Shown piece after piece: positions 49,197-57,997 of a DNA stretch of 64,000 nt. The notes under the pieces are model-generated. The model was given only the letters and a program-made list of their open reading frames with translations. It did no database searches and was not told the origin of the DNA. The DNA is from a virus. The stretch spans positions 1 through 64,000 of the IMG/VR virus record IMGVR_UViG_3300037883_000122; one strand, written 5' to 3'. Positions within the stretch are counted from its first letter, which is position 1. Each line of letters starts with the position of its first letter. The translations under genes and the position numbers were made by a program.

Positions 49197-49831
49197 TTCT
49201 CGAATGGATCGAGAAATTGATCCCGGACTCGGGTAACCGAGATCTGTACGCGAACCTCTTCGCGGGAATGGATGACGCAGCGTTTGCTGTGTGGATGGAA
49301 AAGCTCGAGCGACAGGAGATTCGGCTGGCAGTGGTTGCGCCGAACCTGGCGAAGTCGTCGCTGGACATCGATCGGAACCTGAAGCTGGCTGACGAACTGG
49401 GCCATAACTTCTTCGAACGGATTCTGATCGACAATGGCAACGATATTCCGCCGTATCTCTCACCGGTTCGCTACTTGGTGGTTGATCTCCCCCTGCGCCG
49501 TCAAGCGCAGCTCCTGGTCAAGAAGATCTCGATTCCTGAGGACACTAAGTCCGTGGATGACTTTACCGGCCAGCCGACCGGCAAGTCCAAGGGCTCGAAG
49601 ATCTCCTATCCAGAGACCCAGATCATGGCTGCACTTAATCTGGATGCCAACCTCACCGAGATGCTTAAGTATCGCGGCGGCGACGAGAAGGGCTTTGACG
49701 CCCTCAACTCCTCCATCAGTAAAACTGGTGGTGTGTCGCTGCAATCGATCGAGAAGCTCGGCACCCAAGTGAAGTCGACGCAGACTCTGTCCATCATCCT
49801 CACTTGCATGCACCTTGAGAACACGTTGTGA
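49163..49831 (+). CDS. Virion RNA polymerase subunit (phiKZ gp149-like)
   Basis: RRQAQLLVKKISIP, TGQPT..SKGSKISYPE and KYRGGD motifs. Confidence 0.8.
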   Translation: MAGNRKAAEAVILEWIEKLIPDSGNRDLYANLFAGMDDAAFAVWMEKLERQEIRLAVVAPNLAKSSLDIDRNLKLADELGHNFFERILIDNGNDIPPYLSPVRYLVVDLPLRRQAQLLVKKISIPEDTKSVDDFTGQPTGKSKGSKISYPETQIMAALNLDANLTEMLKYRGGDEKGFDALNSSISKTGGVSLQSIEKLGTQVKSTQTLSIILTCMHLENTL

Positions 49832-49947
49832 TGGAAGAAGATCCGAACTCTCCGTGGTATGAGGATTCATGCGACCGGGATGATCTGTTTCTCGTCTGTC
49901 TGATCCTCGAGGTCATTCTCATCGGGCTACTGAAAGCCTGGTCTTAG
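49831..49947 (+). CDS. Small membrane peptide (38 aa)
   Basis: TGATG overlap with the upstream stop; hydrophobic LFLVCLILEVILIGLL. Confidence 0.4.
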   Translation: MEEDPNSPWYEDSCDRDDLFLVCLILEVILIGLLKAWS

Positions 49948-49955
49948 GAGCAAAG

Positions 49956-50057
49956 ATGTCCGAAGTTCATAAACGCGTGATGGCACAGATCCGTGCATGG
50001 AAACTCATGTACGACTCCCAGCCCTGTCGCGTCATCGTTACACCGAAACAGCAATGA
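49956..50057 (+). CDS. Small hypothetical peptide (33 aa)
   Basis: AGGAG RBS; ATGA coupling to the next ORF. Confidence 0.4.
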   Translation: MSEVHKRVMAQIRAWKLMYDSQPCRVIVTPKQQ

Positions 50058-50437
50058 ACATCAATGTCGCGTTTGTCGACAAATGGATCACGCTCGAACT
50101 GGCCGCAGTGCTCTCAGCAGAGCCTGCGCCAGTTCAGCCTCTTGATCCACCCAGGAAGGAAATGGGTTTTTATGCCCTGCATTTTCCGGAACATGATTAC
50201 GTGTACTTTGGCGAGGCTGGTGACTTGGCTTTTGCTAAAGCGAATCACCTGTACAAGCTCAGATGCAATAAACATGATCAGCCGGAACTACAACAGGCTT
50301 ATAACGACGATCCGCAGGGCAAGGTCCTCTTCTTCACGATTCCTACGCAAACTCGTGAAACAGGACGGCGGATTCTCGAGCAATTTCTGAAAGCCTACGA
50401 AGGGCAAGAGAAGCTTTTGAATGGGGGTATGAAGTGA
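50054..50437 (+). CDS. Degenerate GIY-YIG-like domain protein
   Basis: GFYALHF...YVYFGEAGDL...H...LR..KH....LQ.AYN. Confidence 0.6.
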   Translation: MNINVAFVDKWITLELAAVLSAEPAPVQPLDPPRKEMGFYALHFPEHDYVYFGEAGDLAFAKANHLYKLRCNKHDQPELQQAYNDDPQGKVLFFTIPTQTRETGRRILEQFLKAYEGQEKLLNGGMK

Positions 50438-51006
50438 ATGGATTAGCACGTAGTCAACGTGAGCAACCGGTGGACCCGACGGTGTTCGTCAATGACGACA
50501 TGGAAACCGTAGCAGGGGCTTTCCAGGAAGCATTCAAGACAGTACTGGCACAGTACCTGAATGAGGAGCAGCTAGTCGCTGTCAAGACCTTTGTGACTAA
50601 GGTCGTGGTGGAAGAGAAGCCCTGGATGTGGTCTTCTCCGGAAGGCGTAGAACACTTGCTGGACCTGGTGATGGTCGACGAGCTGATCCGCGACTTTGTG
50701 ATGACCTTGGCCTTCACGTTTTTCGCACGCTGGGGCGAGGCAAGTGTTAAATTTACTGGGTTGACTGATGCATTGAGCTGGGGTACGTCAGCAGACAATG
50801 ACAACGGTGATGATCGACAGCTGGTTCTCATGCCAGACGTCATCAATTCTCGTTTGACCCAGCAAGCTGATGTGAAAAAATACCTAGCCGCTAATAAGTG
50901 GGTAGTGACTCTTCTGTTGATCAAGTTGTTCGTCATACCACCAGGACCGGACGAACCGCCTGCTCGCAAGAAACAGCCAACCATAACAGGTTTTCAACAA
51001 CAGTAA
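50434..51006 (+). CDS. Hypothetical protein
   Basis: GTGA overlap with the upstream stop; 190 aa ORF. Confidence 0.65.
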   Translation: MNGLARSQREQPVDPTVFVNDDMETVAGAFQEAFKTVLAQYLNEEQLVAVKTFVTKVVVEEKPWMWSSPEGVEHLLDLVMVDELIRDFVMTLAFTFFARWGEASVKFTGLTDALSWGTSADNDNGDDRQLVLMPDVINSRLTQQADVKKYLAANKWVVTLLLIKLFVIPPGPDEPPARKKQPTITGFQQQ

Positions 51007-51047
51007 CCGGGGGTCCAGCCGAATCCGCTAATGGCTGGGCTTGATGA

Positions 51048-51788
51048 ATGAGTCAGAAAGCAGTTGCCGTAGTCTACGCCGAGCTAGACGCTTTGCTAGA
51101 CACGCGTGCAGGAACACTGGCTCGCTTGAGCCAGGAAGTAGCAGCTGAAGTCTTACGCGGTAACTACCACAAACGTGAATCCGACCAATTCGCGGGTGTG
51201 GACATGAAGGCCTACCGGGTCCTTTATGCGAAACGGGATGTCGAAACGCTTAAAGCGTCACGTCCTACCAAGGCGCTGCTCCTCATGAGCGCACTTGTCC
51301 GGTATTTGAAGGAACAGGCGACTGTACGTCCGTACCATGAGACTACGAAAGTCGTCGTCAACACGTTCCCGTACAAGCTGGACAGAGATGAAGAAGCTGA
51401 GTTGGGCACGGTCATTGCGACCTGGATTTCAGGGCTCGCGCCGGTTGAGCTCGTACATATGCGCCCACATGAGCTTACTCCTCTGTACATCAAACAGCAG
51501 TCGTATTCGAGTATGTTGATGTACGAGTACGATGAATGGATGAGTCTGCATTACGCAGCCGACAATAAGCACGCAAAGCCTATCCAAGATGTTGCTATAT
51601 TCGCACCAGCGATATACTTCGCGGAAAAGCCCAGCGATGAAGAAGTTCAGCAAGCGATCGACATTGCAGCCCATCCACTGCAAGCTGTTGAAATCTTGGC
51701 GAGATCCCTCGTGGGTCTCAACTTGATTGATGTCGAATACTTCAGCATCATTCGACCTTCCGGACCGACACAAGGCCCCGTACACTAG
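51048..51788 (+). CDS. Conserved hypothetical protein
   Basis: ELDALLDTR.GT and VNTFPY.L motifs seen in phiKZ-like phages. Confidence 0.7.
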   Translation: MSQKAVAVVYAELDALLDTRAGTLARLSQEVAAEVLRGNYHKRESDQFAGVDMKAYRVLYAKRDVETLKASRPTKALLLMSALVRYLKEQATVRPYHETTKVVVNTFPYKLDRDEEAELGTVIATWISGLAPVELVHMRPHELTPLYIKQQSYSSMLMYEYDEWMSLHYAADNKHAKPIQDVAIFAPAIYFAEKPSDEEVQQAIDIAAHPLQAVEILARSLVGLNLIDVEYFSIIRPSGPTQGPVH

Positions 51789-51845
51789 ACCCCACTTGTG
51801 AGCGGTCTAGTGTATGGAGCACCGTATAGGTCAACGGATCGGGTT

Positions 51846-52295
51846 TCAGCTGGTTGCGTTCTCTTCGGGAGCGAACTGAGCGTGGAACGAATCGAAGTCT
51901 TGCTGAGCGGGGTTGGTAGCAACCTCGCCTTCGACGAGTACAGGATCAGGCACATCGCTTCCAAGCGCAGGTACCTCCCTCGGGACAGGTACAGGAGCTT
52001 GGAAGGTATTGCCGCCAGAGCCCATTTGACGCAGGAGCTCGGCGATGTTCGCCGCCATGCCTTCCTGGTTTTGAGTCTGTTGTTCTTCCACGCGGATCTT
52101 CATCTTGCCCAAGGCCTGACGATCCATGCCGTCGAGCGTTTGGTTCAGCGTGTTGATGACCTTCGGGTCCTGCAGATTCTCCAGATCCTTTACCAGCGAA
52201 GTGACGATCTGTTTACGAATCCCTTGGGTGTAGTCGAGGACGGCTTCGTCAGCATCCTGACGCCCGACCACTTCGACTTCTGTTTGTTGAGACAT
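51846..52295 (-). CDS. Hypothetical protein
   Basis: GAGG RBS before ATG 52295; convergent with the upstream gene at a hairpin (51781-51815). Confidence 0.65.
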   Translation of the reverse strand: MSQQTEVEVVGRQDADEAVLDYTQGIRKQIVTSLVKDLENLQDPKVINTLNQTLDGMDRQALGKMKIRVEEQQTQNQEGMAANIAELLRQMGSGGNTFQAPVPVPREVPALGSDVPDPVLVEGEVATNPAQQDFDSFHAQFAPEENATS

Positions 52296-52320
52296 GATCG
52301 AGTCCTCAGAATAAAAATAG

Positions 52321-52336
52321 ACATATATTACCAACT
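52321..52336 (+). promoter_or_regulatory. phiKZ-type early promoter, TATATTAC
   Basis: ACATATATTACCAACT, 15/16 identical to the copy at 7021. Confidence 0.72.
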
Positions 52337-52445
52337 AAGAAGAATGGTAAATCTGTCCTTATCAGATGCCCCACAAAACGGGGGCGGTGTCATAGTATCC
52401 GGTAAGAATCCACGCACATACGACGTTTTACAACAAGAGGAAACC

Positions 52446-52991
52446 ATGAAGTTGCTCGATTGGTTGTTGGCGCTCTTTGAAGAGAAGGGCGTACTTGGTC
52501 CAAAAGAACACTACGCTGCACTGCAGCTGAAGTATCAGGACCAATCCGTGTTCAAGCCTAACCGCAAGCAATGCGCGGAATTGCTAGGGTTGCTTGATCC
52601 ACAACAGTATCTGAATTACGATCCGCATTACGGGCGTTCGATCACGCTCAGTGCGGAGACCCCTAATCTCGAAGCCTTCACCAAGAAGCTTCAAGATGCC
52701 TCGGCGATGGTGATCCGTGAATACCGGATTCCCAATGACTGGGTGCGCACGGATGAAGTCGTCGTACCGTTTGACAAGCTGTTCATCGGCGTGGATGGTT
52801 GTTACATCACCGACTTCACACAGGCTGTCGCGAAGTTCAAGACAGCAGCCTCTCGACTGTGTGATTTGATGGAAGCCTCGGACGATGCAACGCACGGCAT
52901 CCACGAGCACAACCTGCGCATGCTTTCTCGACTCTTTGTCCAGATGCGCGACTTGACGACCTCGATGTTGGAGGTCTCTTTACAACAGTAG
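52446..52991 (+). CDS. Hypothetical protein
   Basis: GAGG RBS before ATG 52446, in frame with ORF 51798..52991. Confidence 0.65.
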   Translation: MKLLDWLLALFEEKGVLGPKEHYAALQLKYQDQSVFKPNRKQCAELLGLLDPQQYLNYDPHYGRSITLSAETPNLEAFTKKLQDASAMVIREYRIPNDWVRTDEVVVPFDKLFIGVDGCYITDFTQAVAKFKTAASRLCDLMEASDDATHGIHEHNLRMLSRLFVQMRDLTTSMLEVSLQQ

Positions 52992-53031
52992 TTTACAACT
53001 AGCAGTTACAACAGTTACAAGCGAGGCTACA

Positions 53032-53463
53032 ATGGCTAAAAACCAGATGGCGAATATTCTCGCCAAGACAGACAAGGACATTGGCAACACGTCCATGGCG
53101 AACGGGGTCCTCTCGCGTCTGTTCCGTAAGATGCTGATGACGATGAATGTCAACGAGAATCGTTGGAACCTGCTGATGCATGCGTTCCTCAACGATGCGC
53201 GTAACGGTATTCCTCAGACTCGCAAGGATCAGACTAGCATGCGAGGTAACCTCACCAAGGAGTTTGCGCGGCCGCAGATGACTTGGAAGGTATTTTGCAA
53301 GGCCATGATGTTCATGCAGTTTACGCGATTCGAGGTGTGTATCATTGCCCGCACTGCTTCTGGTAAAGAAGTGGCGTTCAGCACTGAGGTGAACCTCGGC
53401 GACCGGAGCAGCGGCAACCTTCAATCCCTGGCCGAGCCCGAGAAAGGAGACAAGGACGAGTGA
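53032..53463 (+). CDS. Conserved hypothetical protein
   Basis: GVLSRLFR, RGNL.KE...P.MTWKVF.K motifs; GAGG RBS. Confidence 0.7.
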   Translation: MAKNQMANILAKTDKDIGNTSMANGVLSRLFRKMLMTMNVNENRWNLLMHAFLNDARNGIPQTRKDQTSMRGNLTKEFARPQMTWKVFCKAMMFMQFTRFEVCIIARTASGKEVAFSTEVNLGDRSSGNLQSLAEPEKGDKDE

Positions 53464-53532
53464 ATACTTGACCGGCTCCTTATTTCCCGAGCTGCTGGAC
53501 TCGGGTGACTAATTTATCGCGAGGAAAGCGAG

Positions 53533-54252
53533 ATGTTGAATGATCGCGAAAAGAAGTTGCGCACGCGTCGCCGCATGGTTAGTGAACAGCACCAGCTGGA
53601 CATTGAGCACGCCCATCCGCGCGAACGCACGAACACTACAACAAAGTCGGGCGCGAAGCCCGCGGAGAAATCCATGAATGCAGTGATTGAGACCAAAGAC
53701 CAGCTTGTGCATGCCCCGACTCACCCCTTGGTCCTGGAAGACGGTGTCAAGCACATTAACATCGACACCTACGCCAAGACGGAACTAGGGAAGATGTTGG
53801 TCCATAAGTACCCGGCACGTTTTGAGCATCCCAAGTTCGGCCGCTTCCGTTCGGTCGAAGGTTTCTGGGGCTTTATTCGTACGGGGGCCCGTGAAGATCG
53901 TTGGCGTTATCTGTCCGGCATGCCTGCCAAGCGCGAAACTCGCAACTTGGACAAGCGCTGGATCAAGAATTTTCACCAGATCATTATGGAGGCCAACTTC
54001 CACAAGGTGAGTCAGAACGAAGAGATCAAGAAGTTGATGTTGGCTTCAGCGCTCCCGTTTGATCACTACTACATCTTCCGCAGTGAGCAGATGAAACCGG
54101 ATGACCCCGGCCTACCGACCCGTCCGCAGATCGCGAGCTGGCTGTGTGAAGGTTTCGAGGAAATCCGTCGCCTGCTGCGCGAAGGTAAGCAACCCGTAGT
54201 CCCTGACTACGAGGATGTGTACCTGGGCGATAACGAAGTCATTAATCGCTAA
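53533..54252 (+). CDS. NADAR-like / T4 gp30.3-like domain protein
   Basis: HINI...T.LGKML, F.HP..G.F.SVEGFW, K..QN..IKKLM..S.LPF.HYY; similarity judged by eye. Confidence 0.5.
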   Translation: MLNDREKKLRTRRRMVSEQHQLDIEHAHPRERTNTTTKSGAKPAEKSMNAVIETKDQLVHAPTHPLVLEDGVKHINIDTYAKTELGKMLVHKYPARFEHPKFGRFRSVEGFWGFIRTGAREDRWRYLSGMPAKRETRNLDKRWIKNFHQIIMEANFHKVSQNEEIKKLMLASALPFDHYYIFRSEQMKPDDPGLPTRPQIASWLCEGFEEIRRLLREGKQPVVPDYEDVYLGDNEVINR

Positions 54253-54264
54253 ACGATGTAGTGC

Positions 54265-54313
54265 GACGCGGGGGGCCTTCGGGCTCCCCGTATGCTCTCT
54301 TCTCTTTTTTTTT
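54265..54313 (+). terminator. Intrinsic terminator
   Basis: CGGGGGGCC-TTCG-GGCTCCCCG-TATGC followed by a pyrimidine/T run. Confidence 0.7.
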
Positions 54314-54328
54314 GCTTTCGAGGTCGAT

Positions 54329-55786
54329 ATGCCGTCAATTACCGATGCTGTACAGAGCGCGACGAACGCAGCGGCCGCCGCATCCAGCGCGGCGTTGACT
54401 GGTGTCAGCGGGTCCGTACAGGCTGCACAAGCCGCTCTCGCACCTAACGTGTGGGTTGGTGCCGCTGATAACAAACTGGCCACTGCAGACCCGTATAACC
54501 CCCCTAATGCGCCGTCTGTTATCACGGATGTCCAGAACCTATTTCAGAAGTTCGACTTCACGATCACGGACGTGCTGCGCGGTGGTAAGTACATCGCTGC
54601 CCAGGCGATCGGGATTGCGCGTGATGTGAAGATGCTCACCTCGGGTGACATCACTGCACGTATTCTGGGCGCATCGCTCTTAACCAAGAGTGCACTCAAT
54701 GCGCTGGGTGCGGTAGGACTTGGCAATGTGGTGGATTCCGTCAATAGCGGTATCTCGATGGCCGAGGGAGCGATTGGCGATGCAGTCGGAACAGTCGCGA
54801 GTGAGGTCTACGCTGATCTGAATGGCGTGGTCCAGCAGGTTTCGTCTGCAGCTGCTCAAGGTCTCTCGGCAGTGGGAGCCTGTATCAATGAGCTCGGCGT
54901 GAATGCGTCGTTCTCCATTGCAGACAGTGGAGCGAAGATCGGTCTGTTCGCAGGATTGATTCAGTCGTCGTGTGGTTACGGCATGCAGGGTTCGTTCGGT
55001 AGCCTGATGGCCAGTGTGACAGATCGCAACATTCTGGGTGCCGTGACGATGCGGGTGATTCCGTCGATCGTGCAAGGCTCCGATGTGAAGAGCCTGCTGC
55101 AGATTGGTCTGACGTTGGGTTCGCGACAAGCCTACGCCTATTCACCGAATATCCTGGCGAACTTCAGCTCGCAGTATTCAACCCCGCTCGGTACCGGTGC
55201 CTCGGGTAACGTGGATTACTCGGGTGCGTTCCAGGACACCATGGCTGCATACAGCGCAGTTGATCCGGACTGGGCCACGTTGAATCGTCAGACGACGATC
55301 ACGGACGAGAATGGCAATGACCTTACGCAAACCGATGCGGCGTTCAATCTGAATGCTGTTGCGAATGGTTCGCAAGACTTCCAGACCATGGTTCAGCAAG
55401 GTGCCATGGCGTCGACCGATCCGAATGACAAGCTGATGTTGCTGGCGAACCAGGTACAGCAGACCACCGTGGCGAGCAAGCTGGCCAGTCAGTTCCCGAA
55501 GACGGTGTTTGACGGTAATAGCCAGATTACGTCGGACACGCAAGATCCGCAAGTCATCGCACTGGGCACCACGACCCCGACTGCACCGTCGGGTTACTCG
55601 AAGGTGGCACCGAACAACAACCAGCCGGTGAACTACGATATCCAGGCCGACGGTATCCACGACATCAAGGACGCCAAGCTGGAGAATGGCATCTATGTGT
55701 GGCCGGACGGTTACTTCCAGGTTGGGGCAACTCACCAGGGTTCCGACGGCGGAGGTTACGTCTCGAAGGGCATCACGTTCAACTAA
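54329..55786 (+). CDS. Putative virion structural protein
   Basis: GAGG RBS before ATG 54329; Ala/Ser/Gly-rich; located next to the tail genes. Confidence 0.6.
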   Translation: MPSITDAVQSATNAAAAASSAALTGVSGSVQAAQAALAPNVWVGAADNKLATADPYNPPNAPSVITDVQNLFQKFDFTITDVLRGGKYIAAQAIGIARDVKMLTSGDITARILGASLLTKSALNALGAVGLGNVVDSVNSGISMAEGAIGDAVGTVASEVYADLNGVVQQVSSAAAQGLSAVGACINELGVNASFSIADSGAKIGLFAGLIQSSCGYGMQGSFGSLMASVTDRNILGAVTMRVIPSIVQGSDVKSLLQIGLTLGSRQAYAYSPNILANFSSQYSTPLGTGASGNVDYSGAFQDTMAAYSAVDPDWATLNRQTTITDENGNDLTQTDAAFNLNAVANGSQDFQTMVQQGAMASTDPNDKLMLLANQVQQTTVASKLASQFPKTVFDGNSQITSDTQDPQVIALGTTTPTAPSGYSKVAPNNNQPVNYDIQADGIHDIKDAKLENGIYVWPDGYFQVGATHQGSDGGGYVSKGITFN

Positions 55787-55799
55787 GGTTTCAACTAAG

Positions 55800-55838
55800 G
55801 TCATAGACGCCCAGGGTCACCCCTGGGCGCTATGCCGT
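55800..55838. terminator. Bidirectional hairpin with CATA/TATG feet
   Basis: GTCATAGA-CGCCCAGGG-TCAC-CCCTGGGCG-CTATGCCGT. Confidence 0.75.
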
Positions 55839-55840
55839 CA

Positions 55841-57949
55841 TTACTGACGTACGGTACCGCGGAAGATTGCCGAGACCACATGGCCTGGCAACGTATCGCC
55901 CATGAAGGAAGCGAAGTGTGATGTGCTATACCACGTCTTCCAGGTCGTCATGGCGCGCGTCAAGTTGAGCTTGAACTTGTTCGCAGAGTAGATCTGATCC
56001 GTTAGACCCATCCCCGAGAGCACCGCCATGTAATCCGTGAACGTGTTGTCATCATCAAACATCGAACCGATGGTCGCCGCTGCATTGCTCGCAGCATCGG
56101 CTACGGAACCCAGCGCACCACCCACTGCGGCACCAGCAGCGGCACCACCGACTGCCGTCACCGGACCACCGCCTGCGCCCACTACTGCGCCTGCGATACC
56201 ACCGATCTCGGAACCGGTCGCTGCACCATTGCTGGTAAAGCCTTGGCTAATCGGCATGGCCAACACGGTCGACATATCGGCGAACGAGATGCTCACCTCA
56301 ATGCCCATTGCGTGACCTTCGCGGTTCCAGCCGGTGTTACCCGTGCCACGCGAGATGGAGATCGACTCCACCATGGCGAGACGTGACTGACAACGACCCC
56401 GGTCAAAGATTTCGCACAGGAACGGACTGGTGTACGACTGCTTACCGGTTGCAATCGGCAAGGACATCGCCAACAGCATCGCGAGTGGCACGTACAGGTT
56501 CAACAGCTGCGAGACGCGATTGCCATACGGGCTGATCAGGTTGATCGTGTACGTCATGCGCGGCAACGACGCTACTGAGTCCTGCCAGTTCCGCGGGATG
56601 TCCACAAAAGCCGAACCCCCCAACGCCGCCAGACCCGAGAGCGACACTGAATCCAGCGCACCCTTGACCAGATCCCCGACTGCTCCGATTGCAGCGCCCA
56701 AGGTCTGACCGGCAACACCGCCCAGGATGTTGCCGTTAGCCAGATCGAATTCAGCCGAGCGAGCCTGCGAGGAGATGCCGTTGATCTTCTGCTTGATCTC
56801 CGAATCCTGGAACGAATTGGAGAAGCTCTCACCGACCTGACCCGTTGCATTGACCCGGAACGACACGAAGGCCGAACCGTCATCCATCTCTGCGCCGAGG
56901 AAGTCAAAGAAGCCCGCGTCGTACGCCTGACTCGGCTGTGTGGTTCCGTTGGAATCGTTGTTCAGGGATTCCGTGGTGGAGCTACTACCATCCGAACCAG
57001 ACGCTTGGGTTTTCGATTGCGAAGAGCCCAGCCACTTTTGCAAGTAGTTGGTCCAGCCACCACCGCCCGTATCCGTCAGCTGTTGGGTATAAGCCCGTTG
57101 AATCGCTTGCGAGAGGTTCAGGTTGTCCGAGTTGTAGACCTGTTCCAGATTCGCATGATGCAGACGATTCAAACGCTGAGCCCGGTTGGCCATCGCATAG
57201 ACGTCGATCGAGCCACCCTGGTTGATGATGTCCGGCAACAGCTGATGCAACTGCGTTTGCGCAGCCGAATCAAACTGGTAGCCATTGGTCAGGGTCTGGG
57301 CCAAGGACGTACCGCCAATCCGAGGCACCACGCCCATGTTCACCGCAATCTGGTTCACGATGGTTTGCACCGCGTTCCAATAGAGCGGCATGGCGGGCTT
57401 CGAGTAGTAGAACTTGCTCGACGGTTTCTGCAGGAAGAAACGCGCGGCATTACCCAGCAGCGTCACAGCCAGCAGTTTCCACGAGAGGATCGATACCACA
57501 AACCCAGCTGCCCGGCCGAGTTCGTAGAATGCCGACGGTGCCCGACCTGTACGCGCCAGTGTCCCTGCACTCGTGTTGTAGAAACCCGAGAAGAAGGTGG
57601 TCAGCGAATTGAAGGACGGTACACCACAACGAATGTTGATGACCTGGGAGTGAGCCTCGATAGCTTCCCCGTAGTAGCGGCCAATACCCACGTTCCCGGC
57701 GCGGTTCTTACCGCCGGTGTCGACCCCGTACGCACTGCGCGGTTTCAGGTCAGCATAGCGGGTGAATTGCGGAGGCGGGTTAATACAGAGACTACCGCCT
57801 GGTGCGGTATCGGTAAAACTAAAACTCACCGGAGTGAAGGTGCGGTTCTCCTGATCGACCGTTTGCAGGTCTTTTACTTGAACCAGGAAAGACTGTCGCA
57901 CCCAACTGGAGTCTTTGTTGAGGTTGTTGACATTATTCTGGGAGCTCAC
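55841..57949 (-). CDS. Tail/baseplate hub-associated virion protein downstream of the tape measure
   Basis: INPPPQFTRYAD, GVP.FNSL..FF, SYTSPF and I.RGTGN.GW motifs; GTG start with AGGAG RBS. Confidence 0.7.
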   Translation of the reverse strand: MSSQNNVNNLNKDSSWVRQSFLVQVKDLQTVDQENRTFTPVSFSFTDTAPGGSLCINPPPQFTRYADLKPRSAYGVDTGGKNRAGNVGIGRYYGEAIEAHSQVINIRCGVPSFNSLTTFFSGFYNTSAGTLARTGRAPSAFYELGRAAGFVVSILSWKLLAVTLLGNAARFFLQKPSSKFYYSKPAMPLYWNAVQTIVNQIAVNMGVVPRIGGTSLAQTLTNGYQFDSAAQTQLHQLLPDIINQGGSIDVYAMANRAQRLNRLHHANLEQVYNSDNLNLSQAIQRAYTQQLTDTGGGGWTNYLQKWLGSSQSKTQASGSDGSSSTTESLNNDSNGTTQPSQAYDAGFFDFLGAEMDDGSAFVSFRVNATGQVGESFSNSFQDSEIKQKINGISSQARSAEFDLANGNILGGVAGQTLGAAIGAVGDLVKGALDSVSLSGLAALGGSAFVDIPRNWQDSVASLPRMTYTINLISPYGNRVSQLLNLYVPLAMLLAMSLPIATGKQSYTSPFLCEIFDRGRCQSRLAMVESISISRGTGNTGWNREGHAMGIEVSISFADMSTVLAMPISQGFTSNGAATGSEIGGIAGAVVGAGGGPVTAVGGAAAGAAVGGALGSVADAASNAAATIGSMFDDDNTFTDYMAVLSGMGLTDQIYSANKFKLNLTRAMTTWKTWYSTSHFASFMGDTLPGHVVSAIFRGTVRQ

Positions 57950-57997
57950 GTCTACTCCTGTAGCGAAATAAGAAGGGGACCCGAAGGCCCCCTCCAG

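Noticed and set aside
55781-55800. Short tandem duplication TTCAACTAAGG-TTTCAACTAAGG at a gene end
   Set aside because: Only two copies of about 11 nt around a stop codon; probably local slippage with no supportable function.
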